This document shows positions 46,102-56,500 of a stretch of 64,000 bases of DNA, in pieces. Under the pieces are notes generated by a model that was not told the DNA's origin, searched no databases, and was given only the letters and a program-made list of their open reading frames with translations. The translations under genes and the position numbers were made by a program. The stretch's first letter is position 1. Every line of letters starts with the position of its first letter. The DNA comes from a virus. Location of the stretch: the IMG/VR virus record IMGVR_UViG_3300021961_000019. One strand, written 5' to 3'.

Positions 46102-46433
46102 ACTGATACACTCTCTTCTACAATTGCCGTTCCTTTAATCACCTTAATTTTATTTCCACCCAAGGTCAAAACAACGTCAAAATAATTTCTTCCAGCACTT
46201 AAGTTTGCTGTTTGCTCAGCAGTAAGAGATAGTGTAATCGTTCCTGTGCCGGATGTAATGGATTTCGCAAACTCTTCAGATGTGGTAGATGTTGGGTGTT
46301 TGCGAACACTTGCATATGTTGTTGTTAATCCGGTAAGAACTGTGCTGGATTGGTCGGGATCAAAAAGATTAAACGTAGCTTCAAAGTACGTTCCTTTTTC
46401 AATTACTAAGGTTGTTACTTCTGCAGCTGCCAT
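46098..46433 (-). CDS. Small Ig-like/baseplate-type structural protein
   Basis: L.I.KGT.F.AT...G.I.LSLT..QT..L..GR.Y.DV......G...V. Confidence 0.7.
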   Translation of the reverse strand: MAAAEVTTLVIEKGTYFEATFNLFDPDQSSTVLTGLTTTYASVRKHPTSTTSEEFAKSITSGTGTITLSLTAEQTANLSAGRNYFDVVLTLGGNKIKVIKGTAIVEESVSV

Positions 46434-46449
46434 TTTTCTTGGTTTTTAA

Positions 46450-46890
46450 CTATTTATCTGCTTGCGAGTTGTTCTTAATCAGTTTTGCCAACTCCGCAGT
46501 TGATCCAACAAAAAGTGCATTAGTAACATTTGTTGGACCTTTTGCAATAGATTCACTCTCAACATCCTTCAACTTCTTCTGAAGTTCCATCAATTTATCC
46601 GTAACATCACCAACATTTTTGATCAATTGTCCAGCAACTTCGTATGCTCTTGGCATTTCACTTTCTTGTGCCAATTCAAGAATGCCATTAATTGCTTCTT
46701 GCCCCTTTTCTATCAAAGAATAAAGATTGGATCTTGTATATTCATAATCAGATTTGATGTCATTTTTGTTGAGACTAGTTTGCTCAGGTTCTTTTGAAGA
46801 TTCAACAATTTCAGAATTGGAAACTACATCAATTGCAGGTTCTATATTAAATGTTTGATTAATTGACTCAAATTTATCGCTGTCACTCAT
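46450..46890 (-). CDS. g16: Terminase small subunit gp16
   Basis: DYEYTRSNLYSLIEKGQEAI.GI..LA.ES..PRAYEVAGQLIK, TNALFVGSTAEL. Confidence 0.93.
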   Translation of the reverse strand: MSDSDKFESINQTFNIEPAIDVVSNSEIVESSKEPEQTSLNKNDIKSDYEYTRSNLYSLIEKGQEAINGILELAQESEMPRAYEVAGQLIKNVGDVTDKLMELQKKLKDVESESIAKGPTNVTNALFVGSTAELAKLIKNNSQADK

Positions 46891-46904
46891 ACCATTTACC
46901 CCCA

Positions 46905-47903
46905 TCACTCATGAAATCCAAAATCATCACCAAATTCAATAAGTGCATCATCTGCTGTGGTGATTAGTTTGATTTGGGATCCTGAAACGTGTGGTGTGCT
47001 TACAGTCTCATCTGCTCCACGCACTACAAATAGATTGTTGCCAATTATCTGGGTGATATACAGTTCTTCATTATCAATCATAATGTAACTATCTTCTGGA
47101 ATACCGGAAGAATCATCTACAAGAATATTGCTAAGTACAGCATCAATATCATTTGTCAGCAGTGTCGCAACATTATCTGCATAACTCTGAATTGCTCTTG
47201 GTTCTGCAGAATATACCAAATCTCTTGGTGTGATACTTGAACGAGCACCGGAGACAAATCCAATAGAAGCCTTTTTGATGAGATCTCTGTCGATATCCTT
47301 GGTGGAAGTTGGTCCAAAGAGGTATAGTTTTGCAATAAATCTCAGTTTATAAACTAGTGCTCTTCGTGTTTGAAAATCTCCTTCATAACTATCGTCCATG
47401 GTCATACCTTCAAGGACAATAGGAATATCTCTTTTTTCTCCAATAGACTCAATCATGTCTATTGATAATGTGTATGCTGGCTGAAAATATGGAAGGATTT
47501 GCTCAATAATTTGAAGCATATCTTCATTTAGTTTTGTCATGATGCTCAGTTCAAATTCCAAATTATATGGAACTGGCATATATGTTTTCGCCACTTGTGT
47601 ACCATCAGCAACCAACCCAGACAAAAATGACTGAGTGTGTGTAACTTTCCTTTGGGGATCGTATGTTAAATTGACATATTCAAACGACATTCTTGGCAAA
47701 GTCATTTGTATGGGCTTACTTGGATCTGGTGATTGCTCTAATCGTGCCAGAAACTTTTGAGTTGGCCCATATGCTAAAGGAACTTCTTTAAAGGATACTG
47801 TTTGGTCGCTAGAATTTACGTGTTTAATCTTAATATTGTTAAAGAGAGATCCAAAAGCAACAACAGTCTTCCTTAGAATTTCGTGATAGAAATGTTCAAA
47901 CAT
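46905..47903 (-). CDS. g15: Tail sheath stabilizer/terminator gp15
   Basis: FYHEILRKTVVAFGSLFNNI, VPLAYGP.QKFLARL, LPRMSFE, PVPYN..FEL, QI.EQILPYFQP. Confidence 0.95.
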   Translation of the reverse strand: MFEHFYHEILRKTVVAFGSLFNNIKIKHVNSSDQTVSFKEVPLAYGPTQKFLARLEQSPDPSKPIQMTLPRMSFEYVNLTYDPQRKVTHTQSFLSGLVADGTQVAKTYMPVPYNLEFELSIMTKLNEDMLQIIEQILPYFQPAYTLSIDMIESIGEKRDIPIVLEGMTMDDSYEGDFQTRRALVYKLRFIAKLYLFGPTSTKDIDRDLIKKASIGFVSGARSSITPRDLVYSAEPRAIQSYADNVATLLTNDIDAVLSNILVDDSSGIPEDSYIMIDNEELYITQIIGNNLFVVRGADETVSTPHVSGSQIKLITTADDALIEFGDDFGFHE

Positions 47904-47936
47904 GATGGTATTATGTATTAAGTATATTTAACAAAG

Positions 47937-49331
47937 TTAGAAAGGCATTCCAAATGGATTGTCTTCTGAGAAGTCGATAATATTTGCTGCTTCTGCGCCA
48001 ATCTCATCATTTTGTGCGTATGGATCTGTTAGATCATTCTTTTCATTATCAAAGAATAGTGTGAAGGATGCATTTGAAGTTTGTCCTGTAATCTGCTCGC
48101 CTTCAATAAATTCGCCAGAAATAATAGAAACTTCAAGAGTTCCTGTGTTCACATTATAACTTCTAACTCTTGCGGTAGTGCTACTGCTGCTTCCAACAAC
48201 AACTTCATTAAATGTATATGTTCCTACACCACTTACGCTTGGGCCGGTAAGTGTAATTGTTGGGATGCTGGTATATCCAGATCCACCATTATATACTCTG
48301 ATGCCAGAGACTGATCCATTTGCATCCAGGTATGCAACACCAGTTGCGGCAGGACCACCACCCCCAGGTGCGCTGAATGTTACAGTTGGTGGATAAATGT
48401 ATCCAGAACCACCATCTGTCACGGTTATGACACCAACAGTTCCGTTTGCAACAGTTGCAGTTGCACCTGCACCCGCTCCTCCACCACCAAGAATGACAAC
48501 TGCCGGTGGTTTTGTTGTGGAATATCCAGTACCTGCATTTACAACTTCAATTCCCTGAACCTTGTCTGTAACAACACCATCACAATTAACCAATCCATCA
48601 ATCAGAGTTGCAATGCCAACTGCCTGAATTCCACCAGAAGTTGGTGATGAAGATATTGCAACTGTTGGTGGATTTTTGTAGTTATATCCACGGTTATTGA
48701 CAGTGAAGAATTGAATGCCACCATCCACATAACTTGCGGTTGCAGTTGCAGTTGTTCCAATACCAATAAGTTTGAGTGTTTGAATAAATCCTGCTTCAAC
48801 AACATTATCGTCAATCTGCTCAATAGAAGTGTCGATGACTTCATCTTCATATCTGAACAGTTCACATCTCAACTCATAAACATAATTCTTCTTGAGTTGA
48901 TAGAATGGTTTTTCGTGCTCTACAAATTTAATTTCAAATAATCTATCTCCAAATGGGAAATAGATCAAATCCCCCTCTTTGGGTCTTGATGCCAACTCAA
49001 TATTCGGCGCATCTTTGATTAGGGGTGCGATATAAGATTCATACCTTTCTTTGGAGATTACGAGAATAATCTCATTTAGTGCTTGAATACCAAACTTTGA
49101 TAGGAGTTGAGTATTATCCCCATATCCATCATAGTTACTTACATATGCCTCAATTGGATATGCGTTATTGAATTTGGATTCAATAACCTCCTCAATAACA
49201 GTATTTTTCGTCACATATTGTCTTGGGAGGTAGTGAACATCCACACCATAAATTCTCAGATGCTCATTGATGAGATCTTGAATTAGACCTTGCTCCCCAG
49301 AAGAGCCTTGAAGAAAAAATGGATTAAGCAT
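47937..49331 (-). CDS. g14: Neck protein gp14 with Gly-rich repeat insertion
   Basis: LNPFFL...EQ.LIQDL..E....G..V.YLPR, PKEGDLIYFP...LFEIKFVEHE.PFYQL; ends DFSE.NPFG. Confidence 0.93.
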   Translation of the reverse strand: MLNPFFLQGSSGEQGLIQDLINEHLRIYGVDVHYLPRQYVTKNTVIEEVIESKFNNAYPIEAYVSNYDGYGDNTQLLSKFGIQALNEIILVISKERYESYIAPLIKDAPNIELASRPKEGDLIYFPFGDRLFEIKFVEHEKPFYQLKKNYVYELRCELFRYEDEVIDTSIEQIDDNVVEAGFIQTLKLIGIGTTATATASYVDGGIQFFTVNNRGYNYKNPPTVAISSSPTSGGIQAVGIATLIDGLVNCDGVVTDKVQGIEVVNAGTGYSTTKPPAVVILGGGGAGAGATATVANGTVGVITVTDGGSGYIYPPTVTFSAPGGGGPAATGVAYLDANGSVSGIRVYNGGSGYTSIPTITLTGPSVSGVGTYTFNEVVVGSSSSTTARVRSYNVNTGTLEVSIISGEFIEGEQITGQTSNASFTLFFDNEKNDLTDPYAQNDEIGAEAANIIDFSEDNPFGMPF

Positions 49332-49335
49332 AATA

Positions 49336-50163
49336 TCAACCGATCATGTCTAAGGGTGGGAGTTCGTATGTGCTGGACATCTTATCCATAATCATATCCA
49401 GTTCTCTTTGCCCATCATCATACAATTGGCGACCATTTAGTTCGACTCCACCAGGAAGTTTTACTCCTTGGAACTTGATTAGATTTTGACCCCACTGACG
49501 CTTAATCAGAGCAGTCAAGTATGGTTTGATGAAGGAATCATTCCAAACTCTTGCATAATCGTTGGGATCTAGAACCTTATAAGTATCCAGAACAAGATAT
49601 TGACCTGCTCTTACAGAAGACCAATCAATATCTAGATACAACCTATCCATCCTCTTGTTGAACCTAATCTGCTTCTGTGTTGTAAGTAGGAAATCAATAT
49701 CTTCAAGATATGTTTTGGTCATAGCGTAGGAAAGTAACTCAGTTGCCCCCCAATAATACACATCATTTAAGAATAACTGATACTTAACACTAAACATATT
49801 ATTAGTAATAGTGTTCGCCCCCTCAAAGTGGAAGATCTTTGTGATGCCTATTACATCTGGTGGAATTTGAAGATAGTTTCCAGTCTCTTCAAAGTTAAAT
49901 GATGTAGTTAAACCGACACTATGATTTACTGTGGTTGTGGTAATTCCAACCTTTCTTTCTCCACGGTCAATATCATCCTGAGTGATTTGATACTTCAAAA
50001 ATACCTGAGAAACACCATCAAAATGTCTCTCTTGAAAAAACTGAATAGCATCGTCTACCAAATCATCAATTTGCTCATCGGCAACATTAATCTCAAGGAC
50101 CGGGGCCCCCAATTTTCTTTTACAGTAATCGACTAGTTCTTGTCTGGTAGATGGTTGTGCCAT
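49336..50163 (-). CDS. g13: Neck protein gp13
   Basis: R..L.DYC.RKLG.PVLEINV.DEQIDD..DDA.Q.F.E.HFDG, KRQWGQNLIKF.G..LPGG..LNG. Confidence 0.96.
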   Translation of the reverse strand: MAQPSTRQELVDYCKRKLGAPVLEINVADEQIDDLVDDAIQFFQERHFDGVSQVFLKYQITQDDIDRGERKVGITTTTVNHSVGLTTSFNFEETGNYLQIPPDVIGITKIFHFEGANTITNNMFSVKYQLFLNDVYYWGATELLSYAMTKTYLEDIDFLLTTQKQIRFNKRMDRLYLDIDWSSVRAGQYLVLDTYKVLDPNDYARVWNDSFIKPYLTALIKRQWGQNLIKFQGVKLPGGVELNGRQLYDDGQRELDMIMDKMSSTYELPPLDMIG

Positions 50164-50369
50164 TATTCTTCTTCAGGATCTAGTGCGTGGAGTAGAGGAC
50201 TATTGGACAAAAGTTCTTGCTGTGCCATATACAATTTAATCGCGTTTTTGGCAACAACTCTCAGAGTTGCAAGATCCTCTATACTATCTATGCTTCTTGA
50301 CATTCTTTCATATTCAAAAAGATTATTAAGACTTGTCAATTTAATATCAAGCGGCTTCATCATCCACAA
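50163..50369 (-). CDS. Small hypothetical protein
   Basis: Packed directly upstream of g13. Confidence 0.6.
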   Translation of the reverse strand: MWMMKPLDIKLTSLNNLFEYERMSRSIDSIEDLATLRVVAKNAIKLYMAQQELLSNSPLLHALDPEEE

Positions 50370-50577
50370 TTCTCCTCAACAACATTTTAATGTCAGATAG
50401 ATCATCTTTGATGGAGGAAATTTCATCCTCCATCTTTTTGATCTTTTGCGCTTCCTTATATTTTGTCTTATAAGTAGCGATATATTTATTGTATCCCTCA
50501 ACATCCGTATTTAATATTCCGTTGGAATATTCATCTCTGACTAGATGATCCCTATCCTTTACCTTAATATAGTCCAT
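50347..50577 (-). CDS. Small conserved coiled-coil protein
   Basis: VKDRDHLVRD..S..ILN.D...Y..Y....I..LK.DL..IK.ML; start trimmed. Confidence 0.75.
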   Translation of the reverse strand: MDYIKVKDRDHLVRDEYSNGILNTDVEGYNKYIATYKTKYKEAQKIKKMEDEISSIKDDLSDIKMLLRRIVDDEAA

Positions 50578-50581
50578 TTTA

Positions 50582-53500
50582 CTATGCTGATGGCTTGAGT
50601 GTTGCAATCGCCCTCAAATCTTTGAGAATTGGTGGCGTTGCTTGGTTTTCTGATGCCATAACGATCTTGATTGCAAAACCGTTGAAGTCGGGCAGATCAT
50701 CAACAGAATACTCATAATCTCTGAAGGATCTGTCGGAAGTTTGAGTAATCTTACTATCTGCAGTTCCATCATTTCTTGACGCATCAACAACTCTCTTGAT
50801 TCCCTGACCATCAACTTGATAGTTGGAATAACCGGGGAAGAATTCGTAGTTCTGTGAAGCCTCTGGGGCATCATCTCTAAAGAGTTGATACAGAACGCGA
50901 ATGTCATTCATATTATTTCTGCTGGCAGTCAACAGAACTTTGAGGGAGTTTGCAGGCAACTTAAGTCTGACTGGTTTTGAAATATAAATTGCTGAGTGCT
51001 TATCCTTATCTAGAGATCTTACAGTATCATCGTCTGCGTAGGTTGCATCTACCCCAATACCAAGTGGATTGTTTACTAGGTTTGTGGATAGAATTGCTCC
51101 CATTTGTGCAGTATCTAATACTGGCGACACTCTCTCATCTGTTGTTTGAAGCAGGAACTCGAACGATAGTGAACGATTTCCAGGAGAATTATCAATAAAT
51201 CTCTCCTCATTTACTCTGGAGCAGAGTAGTCTTGGAGTTGAGAAGTATGTTGAGTCATCTAGGGAGATTTCTGCAAATCCACCATCTTCAAAGGATTTCT
51301 CATTTCCACCAACACTTGTTGCGCTAAATGTGCGAAGTCTTGTGATTAGATTTGTCTTCGCTGGAATGATGTGAGCGATGTTTGGTGTGACCGATTCATA
51401 CTGAATATTATTGGTAAGAATTGTTCCGGATCTACCACCCTGAATTGTGGAGGTCCAGTAAAGATCTGAGCGATCTGATCCAATACCAACACCATCATAA
51501 TCAACATCACTTGTATCAATCTTAATGTGGTAACTGTTTAGATCAATTGGGTGTTGATTACTGACTTCTGCAAAATTGTGAATCTTATTCAATCTACGGA
51601 TCGAGATTCCGTTGAATTCATACTTATAAACCGGCACACCCAACACATAGGATTGTGCTTGAGAACCATCTACTGATGGACCTCTAGTAATTCCAGTTAG
51701 TTTTCCGCCACCCAGTCCAGTATAACCAATGACCTCATTACCAATCTGAACATATCCGGGGTTGGATGCGGAAACATCAACACCCTCAAATTTATCAAAA
51801 CCGGTAGTTGCCGCGATTGAAATTGATGTAGACTCTGCTGCTGCAATTGCTGCAGTTGTTGTGGTATTTACTTCGGTTAGAGATGGTCTAAATTCTGCCA
51901 TCTGCATATAGTTTTCTGGGGAGTGCATCATGTGATTTGAATGATACACCTTCATATGACGACCATCATAATATTGGTCTTCTGTGATGGAATTGACTGT
52001 TACACCCGCACCGACAATAGTTGTAATACCAGCAGAAGTGCGATATCTAAGAGTTGAGAGTCCAACTGTAAATGATCCTTGCACCTCATCCAGGAGGAAT
52101 GAATTGTTTGATGCAATTGTTTCAACGACAACTCTTCCACCAAATCCAACGTTCTGTCCAAGTTCTGGGACAAGGAGTGAATCGCCAACCTGATATCCAA
52201 ATCCGGCGCTGGTAATGGTTACACTATTGATTGTGTTTCCAGTTACTACAACATCTGCGACTGCACCTTGTCCATATCCAGTTTCTGTCTCAAGTGAAAT
52301 ATTTGTGAACGTTCCATTAGTATATCCAGTTCCAGCATTTACAACCGTCACTCCAGTTCCAGTTGTGATGGATCCCGCAACACCGATTAGAACACCAGTT
52401 GCAACTTGAGTGTCAGTTCCATCAAGTTGAATGATATTAACTCCAGGAACAACATCTGCAACATAACCAGAGGTTTCTGCAATACTTACCAGAGTTCTCT
52501 TAGCAAGTGGGCGGAATTGGTTTGGACCAACTACTGTTGTAACAGGATTTCTCAAATCGAGTTTTGGATTATAGAATCTAGTCAAACCTTCTTCAACAAA
52601 GGATGCTCTGTTGATTCTATACTTCAGATCCTCAATCTGTGCAGGAGACCATGTTGAACCATTTTGGGACTTGAATAGACTTCCGAGTGATGGTTGCTCA
52701 GAAAGTTTAATTCCGGTTTGAATGTCGTTTTGTCCCAATTCAGCAACGAATACCCTGTAGTTGGGGCTATTTGCCTGAAGAACAATCGCAAATTGGGATG
52801 TTTGTTGACTTCCAATCGGTGCCTGTCTTACACTCTGCACTCTTGGCCCTGGCAGATATACTGGAGATGGTAGAGTGAATCTGGTTGCAACTGAACCATC
52901 ACCACTAACCGAAACTTGATCAGGGGTTAAAGTCACCTCAGATAGTGGAAGTACAATTTGACTGGGAACTCCAGCGATCATTGGACGAAGTTGGAAAGTG
53001 ACTGGAATAGTCTCATCCTTGGTTTCAAAGTAAATATCTACGGAAGTAATAAAGACGCCAGTATCATCGGGAACATAGAATGATTGTGCCAGAGGATCTC
53101 CCTTAGGCCAATTTCTTACTGGACGTGGTTCCTGTGGAACGGGTTCATGTGTTGTTGTATTTGTAATTGTAGTTACATTTCTGTTTCTGGCAGGAATGAT
53201 CGTAATATTTCTTGTGGTAATGATGTTAATTTCAGTAATCTCTCTAGTACCACCTGACATATATTCTGCTTCAGCAGAACTTTCACTTACTTTGGTGTTT
53301 GAGATAAATTCTTGATTTCTATCACCAAGGAGATCTAGTGATGGAACATCAACCACCATGAAAGTATTTTCACCATTAATCCACTGTGGATTACCTTGAA
53401 CTGCTGGGTCTGGAATGAATAGCGATCCAATCAATCTTCCGCCATTGTCTGAAACCAAACGAATGTTGCTCTTTACAACCGCAACAGCACCGGAAGATGC

Positions 53501-56500
53501 ACCAATCAATCTCATATTTGGTTTTACCAAACCAGAATACTCTGTTTCTGATGGAAGTTGAAGTGCTCTTGTATCTACATTCAGGAATGTTGAAGATTCG
53601 CTATAATCTGATGGTGGAGCAGATTGTGTATATGGAATCAGTTCATATGTTTCTGCTGGGTTGTTGTGTGGTCCAGTCTTATGATTTGGTGTACAAAGTC
53701 TAAATCTAATATCACCACCGGTAAAGTGTGGATCAACTGTAACAGTCTCACCAACTTGGAATCTGCCAGATTCCATCTCAATTTCAAGAAGTTTTGGTGT
53801 ATAATATTCGTTTACATCAATACCCTCGAAGAATGACCAGAATCTTGATACTGGTCTCAGACCCTTAACATCAAATTCAACGTTTCTGCTTCTAGCAAAT
53901 CTAATAGTCTCTGTCCAAGAATTGGTCTGAGTTTCTGTAGATTCTTCAACGATAATTTCCTCAGGAATTATTGTTGTGACAGTATTGCTTGTGGTAGTTG
54001 TCGTTGGTCTGGTTTCAATCTCCTCACCGGGAATAGTTTCTACAGTTCTGGTTGCACCAATCCAAACTCTCTGCTGACTTCCGTTCTGAACATCGATGGC
54101 AGTTGTAAATTCTGTCGTCTCGTTTTGTCCATTTGTGAAGGTTCCAGTTTCTCTACCAGCAAATACTCTCTGATCGCCATTTCTAACGTTGACACCACGA
54201 CGGCTTGTAATATTTGCGTTTGTTGGGGGAACATCGGTATTTGCAAATCCAGGATCGCTGACGTTTCCGGAACCAACAGTGACCCTTTGTGGCGGATTTT
54301 GTACATCAATTCCTGCCCATCTTTGTCCAGAACTATTTGTTCTTGCTCCAATAACAACTCTCTGTGGTCCATTTTGTACAACAAGACCAGTAAATCTTGT
54401 AGTAGTTCTTGTTCTTGGCGGAGTTGTTCTAACTGGAGCATCGACAACAACGTTTTCTGTAATTGTAATATTTTCGTCTGGAAGAACCGTAGTTGTTGTA
54501 TTTTGAACTAGGTGATGAGTTACAAACTCACGCTCTTCAACCCAAATGTCAATTGGTGGGTGAAGCTCAATCCAACCCTCCCAATACCTCACTAGGAATG
54601 GAGTTACGCTCTCAGTCTTTGTTGCATATGGTTGCTCATTATACAATACTTCATTATATGAAAGAGTGACCAAATCGCCAGTCTTTCTGATCGCAACGTT
54701 GCCAAGATCTGTAACAAAACTGTGGTCCAGAGTTGGGTCATAAACAGTAGATACGCCATCAATAACTTGAGATCCAATCTGTAAATCAACCATAGTGGTA
54801 TGGTGATTTGGTCTCAGAGTTGCTGTTGTTTTATCTACAGTAGATCTAAAATTAATATTTCTAGTATCTTGGAAATCGTAATTGTGGAATCCATCTACAA
54901 AGAAACCACACTTAAATCTATCAAGTCCAGTTTCAGCATCACGAATTTGGAAGTTCTCAGTCTTTTGCTCAAGCATGTTGAGCGTACTGTACTTCTCAAG
55001 ACGGTGAACACGTCTTTCAAGAAGAGTAATATCGGACATTCGATATCTCTTATGTGTTGACATATCGATGCCAACACTTGGGATATTGTACACGAATGGT
55101 GGAATATAGACCGTAGCAATATCTAAAGCATTTGCTTTGAGTGGCGGTGGAACAGGAGTATCTGATGGATTTCCTTGAGACACTTCAAATTGTCCGTTTG
55201 GATTGAGGAATACCCTATCAATTCTACCAAGATAATATGTAATCGTTGTGACGAGTGTTTCGTCTGGTGCCAAAATATACTTAGAATATTGTCCATCAGA
55301 TGCAAAGTTTCTTGCACCAAATTCAAATGGAGATTTGGTGCTTGAAAGTAAATATTCAGCAACACGGGGACGAATATCAATAAAATCGGTCAGTCTTGAT
55401 CCATTCCACAGATATACATCATGTTTATAGTTTTCTTCAGAATAACTATTCGCAGTAATAAATTCTCCAGTATCATCTGCATCAATTTTATAATTTTGGA
55501 AAACAATCTTCAGTTTTCCTTTTGGTGCAATAACATTCTTCTTCCTGGTTATTCTTCCATAATCATAAATTGTATCTCTCTGACCAGTATCTGCGGAGAA
55601 GTTTTTAGTTATATTCTTGGATCCGGATGAAATTGCTATAATAACTGCTTGTGTTGTACTGTCCTTACCAGTAATAACTTCATTTTCTCTGAATCTAAAT
55701 CCATTTAGATAAACATATTCTAGTTTGTCAGTATCTCTTCTAGCAACAACTAGTGCAGTGGCTCCAGATGAAGATCCAACTACCCACTCACCAAGTTCAA
55801 AGTCTGCATTATTATTGCTTACACCTGTAAATGATGTTAATTGTAGTGTTGGTAGAGATGGATCTGTGGCATCATCAGACTCATATACTGCAAGAACTCT
55901 TACAACATCGGGAACGTTCAGACAAATCTCTGCATCCTGAACTCTGGTTCCATAGATGTTGCTATATGTGAGTCCATCATTCAGAGTTGTTGTTCCAATT
56001 CCAGAGGATGCGTTAGATGACCTAGCAACAATAAGGGTGCTAGTTTTTTGGAGTTTCTTGGTCTTTGAATTTGGTTTTAGGTTTTTAACTGTTGTGATTA
56101 CATCTGCAACAGCAGTTGTCTTGGTCAAACCATAGAAAGTCAATACCTTAGCATTTGCTGATAGATTAAACTTATCTCTTCTGAGTGGTTCGATTGTGCC
56201 ATCAGAATATGTAATTACAAAGCGATCTTCATCAAATGACTCAAAGTAAATATCTTTATCGTTGGCATCAATTGTTATAGAGAGGGAATTGTCAGCAACT
56301 GAAATGTTTGGATATAGCCTTCTCTGAACAACTTCACCCTCTTCAATACTTAAGGATGTTACGTTATTTGCAGTAAGTCTGGTTAAGAGCGAAGAACTTA
56401 GTGGTACAGATGGGGAACGCTTAATGATATTTTGTACAGTTCTTGTTGATGTTGGTAGAGCACCGTTACAAATTCCAGACACGGTTGTTACACCAGTAAC

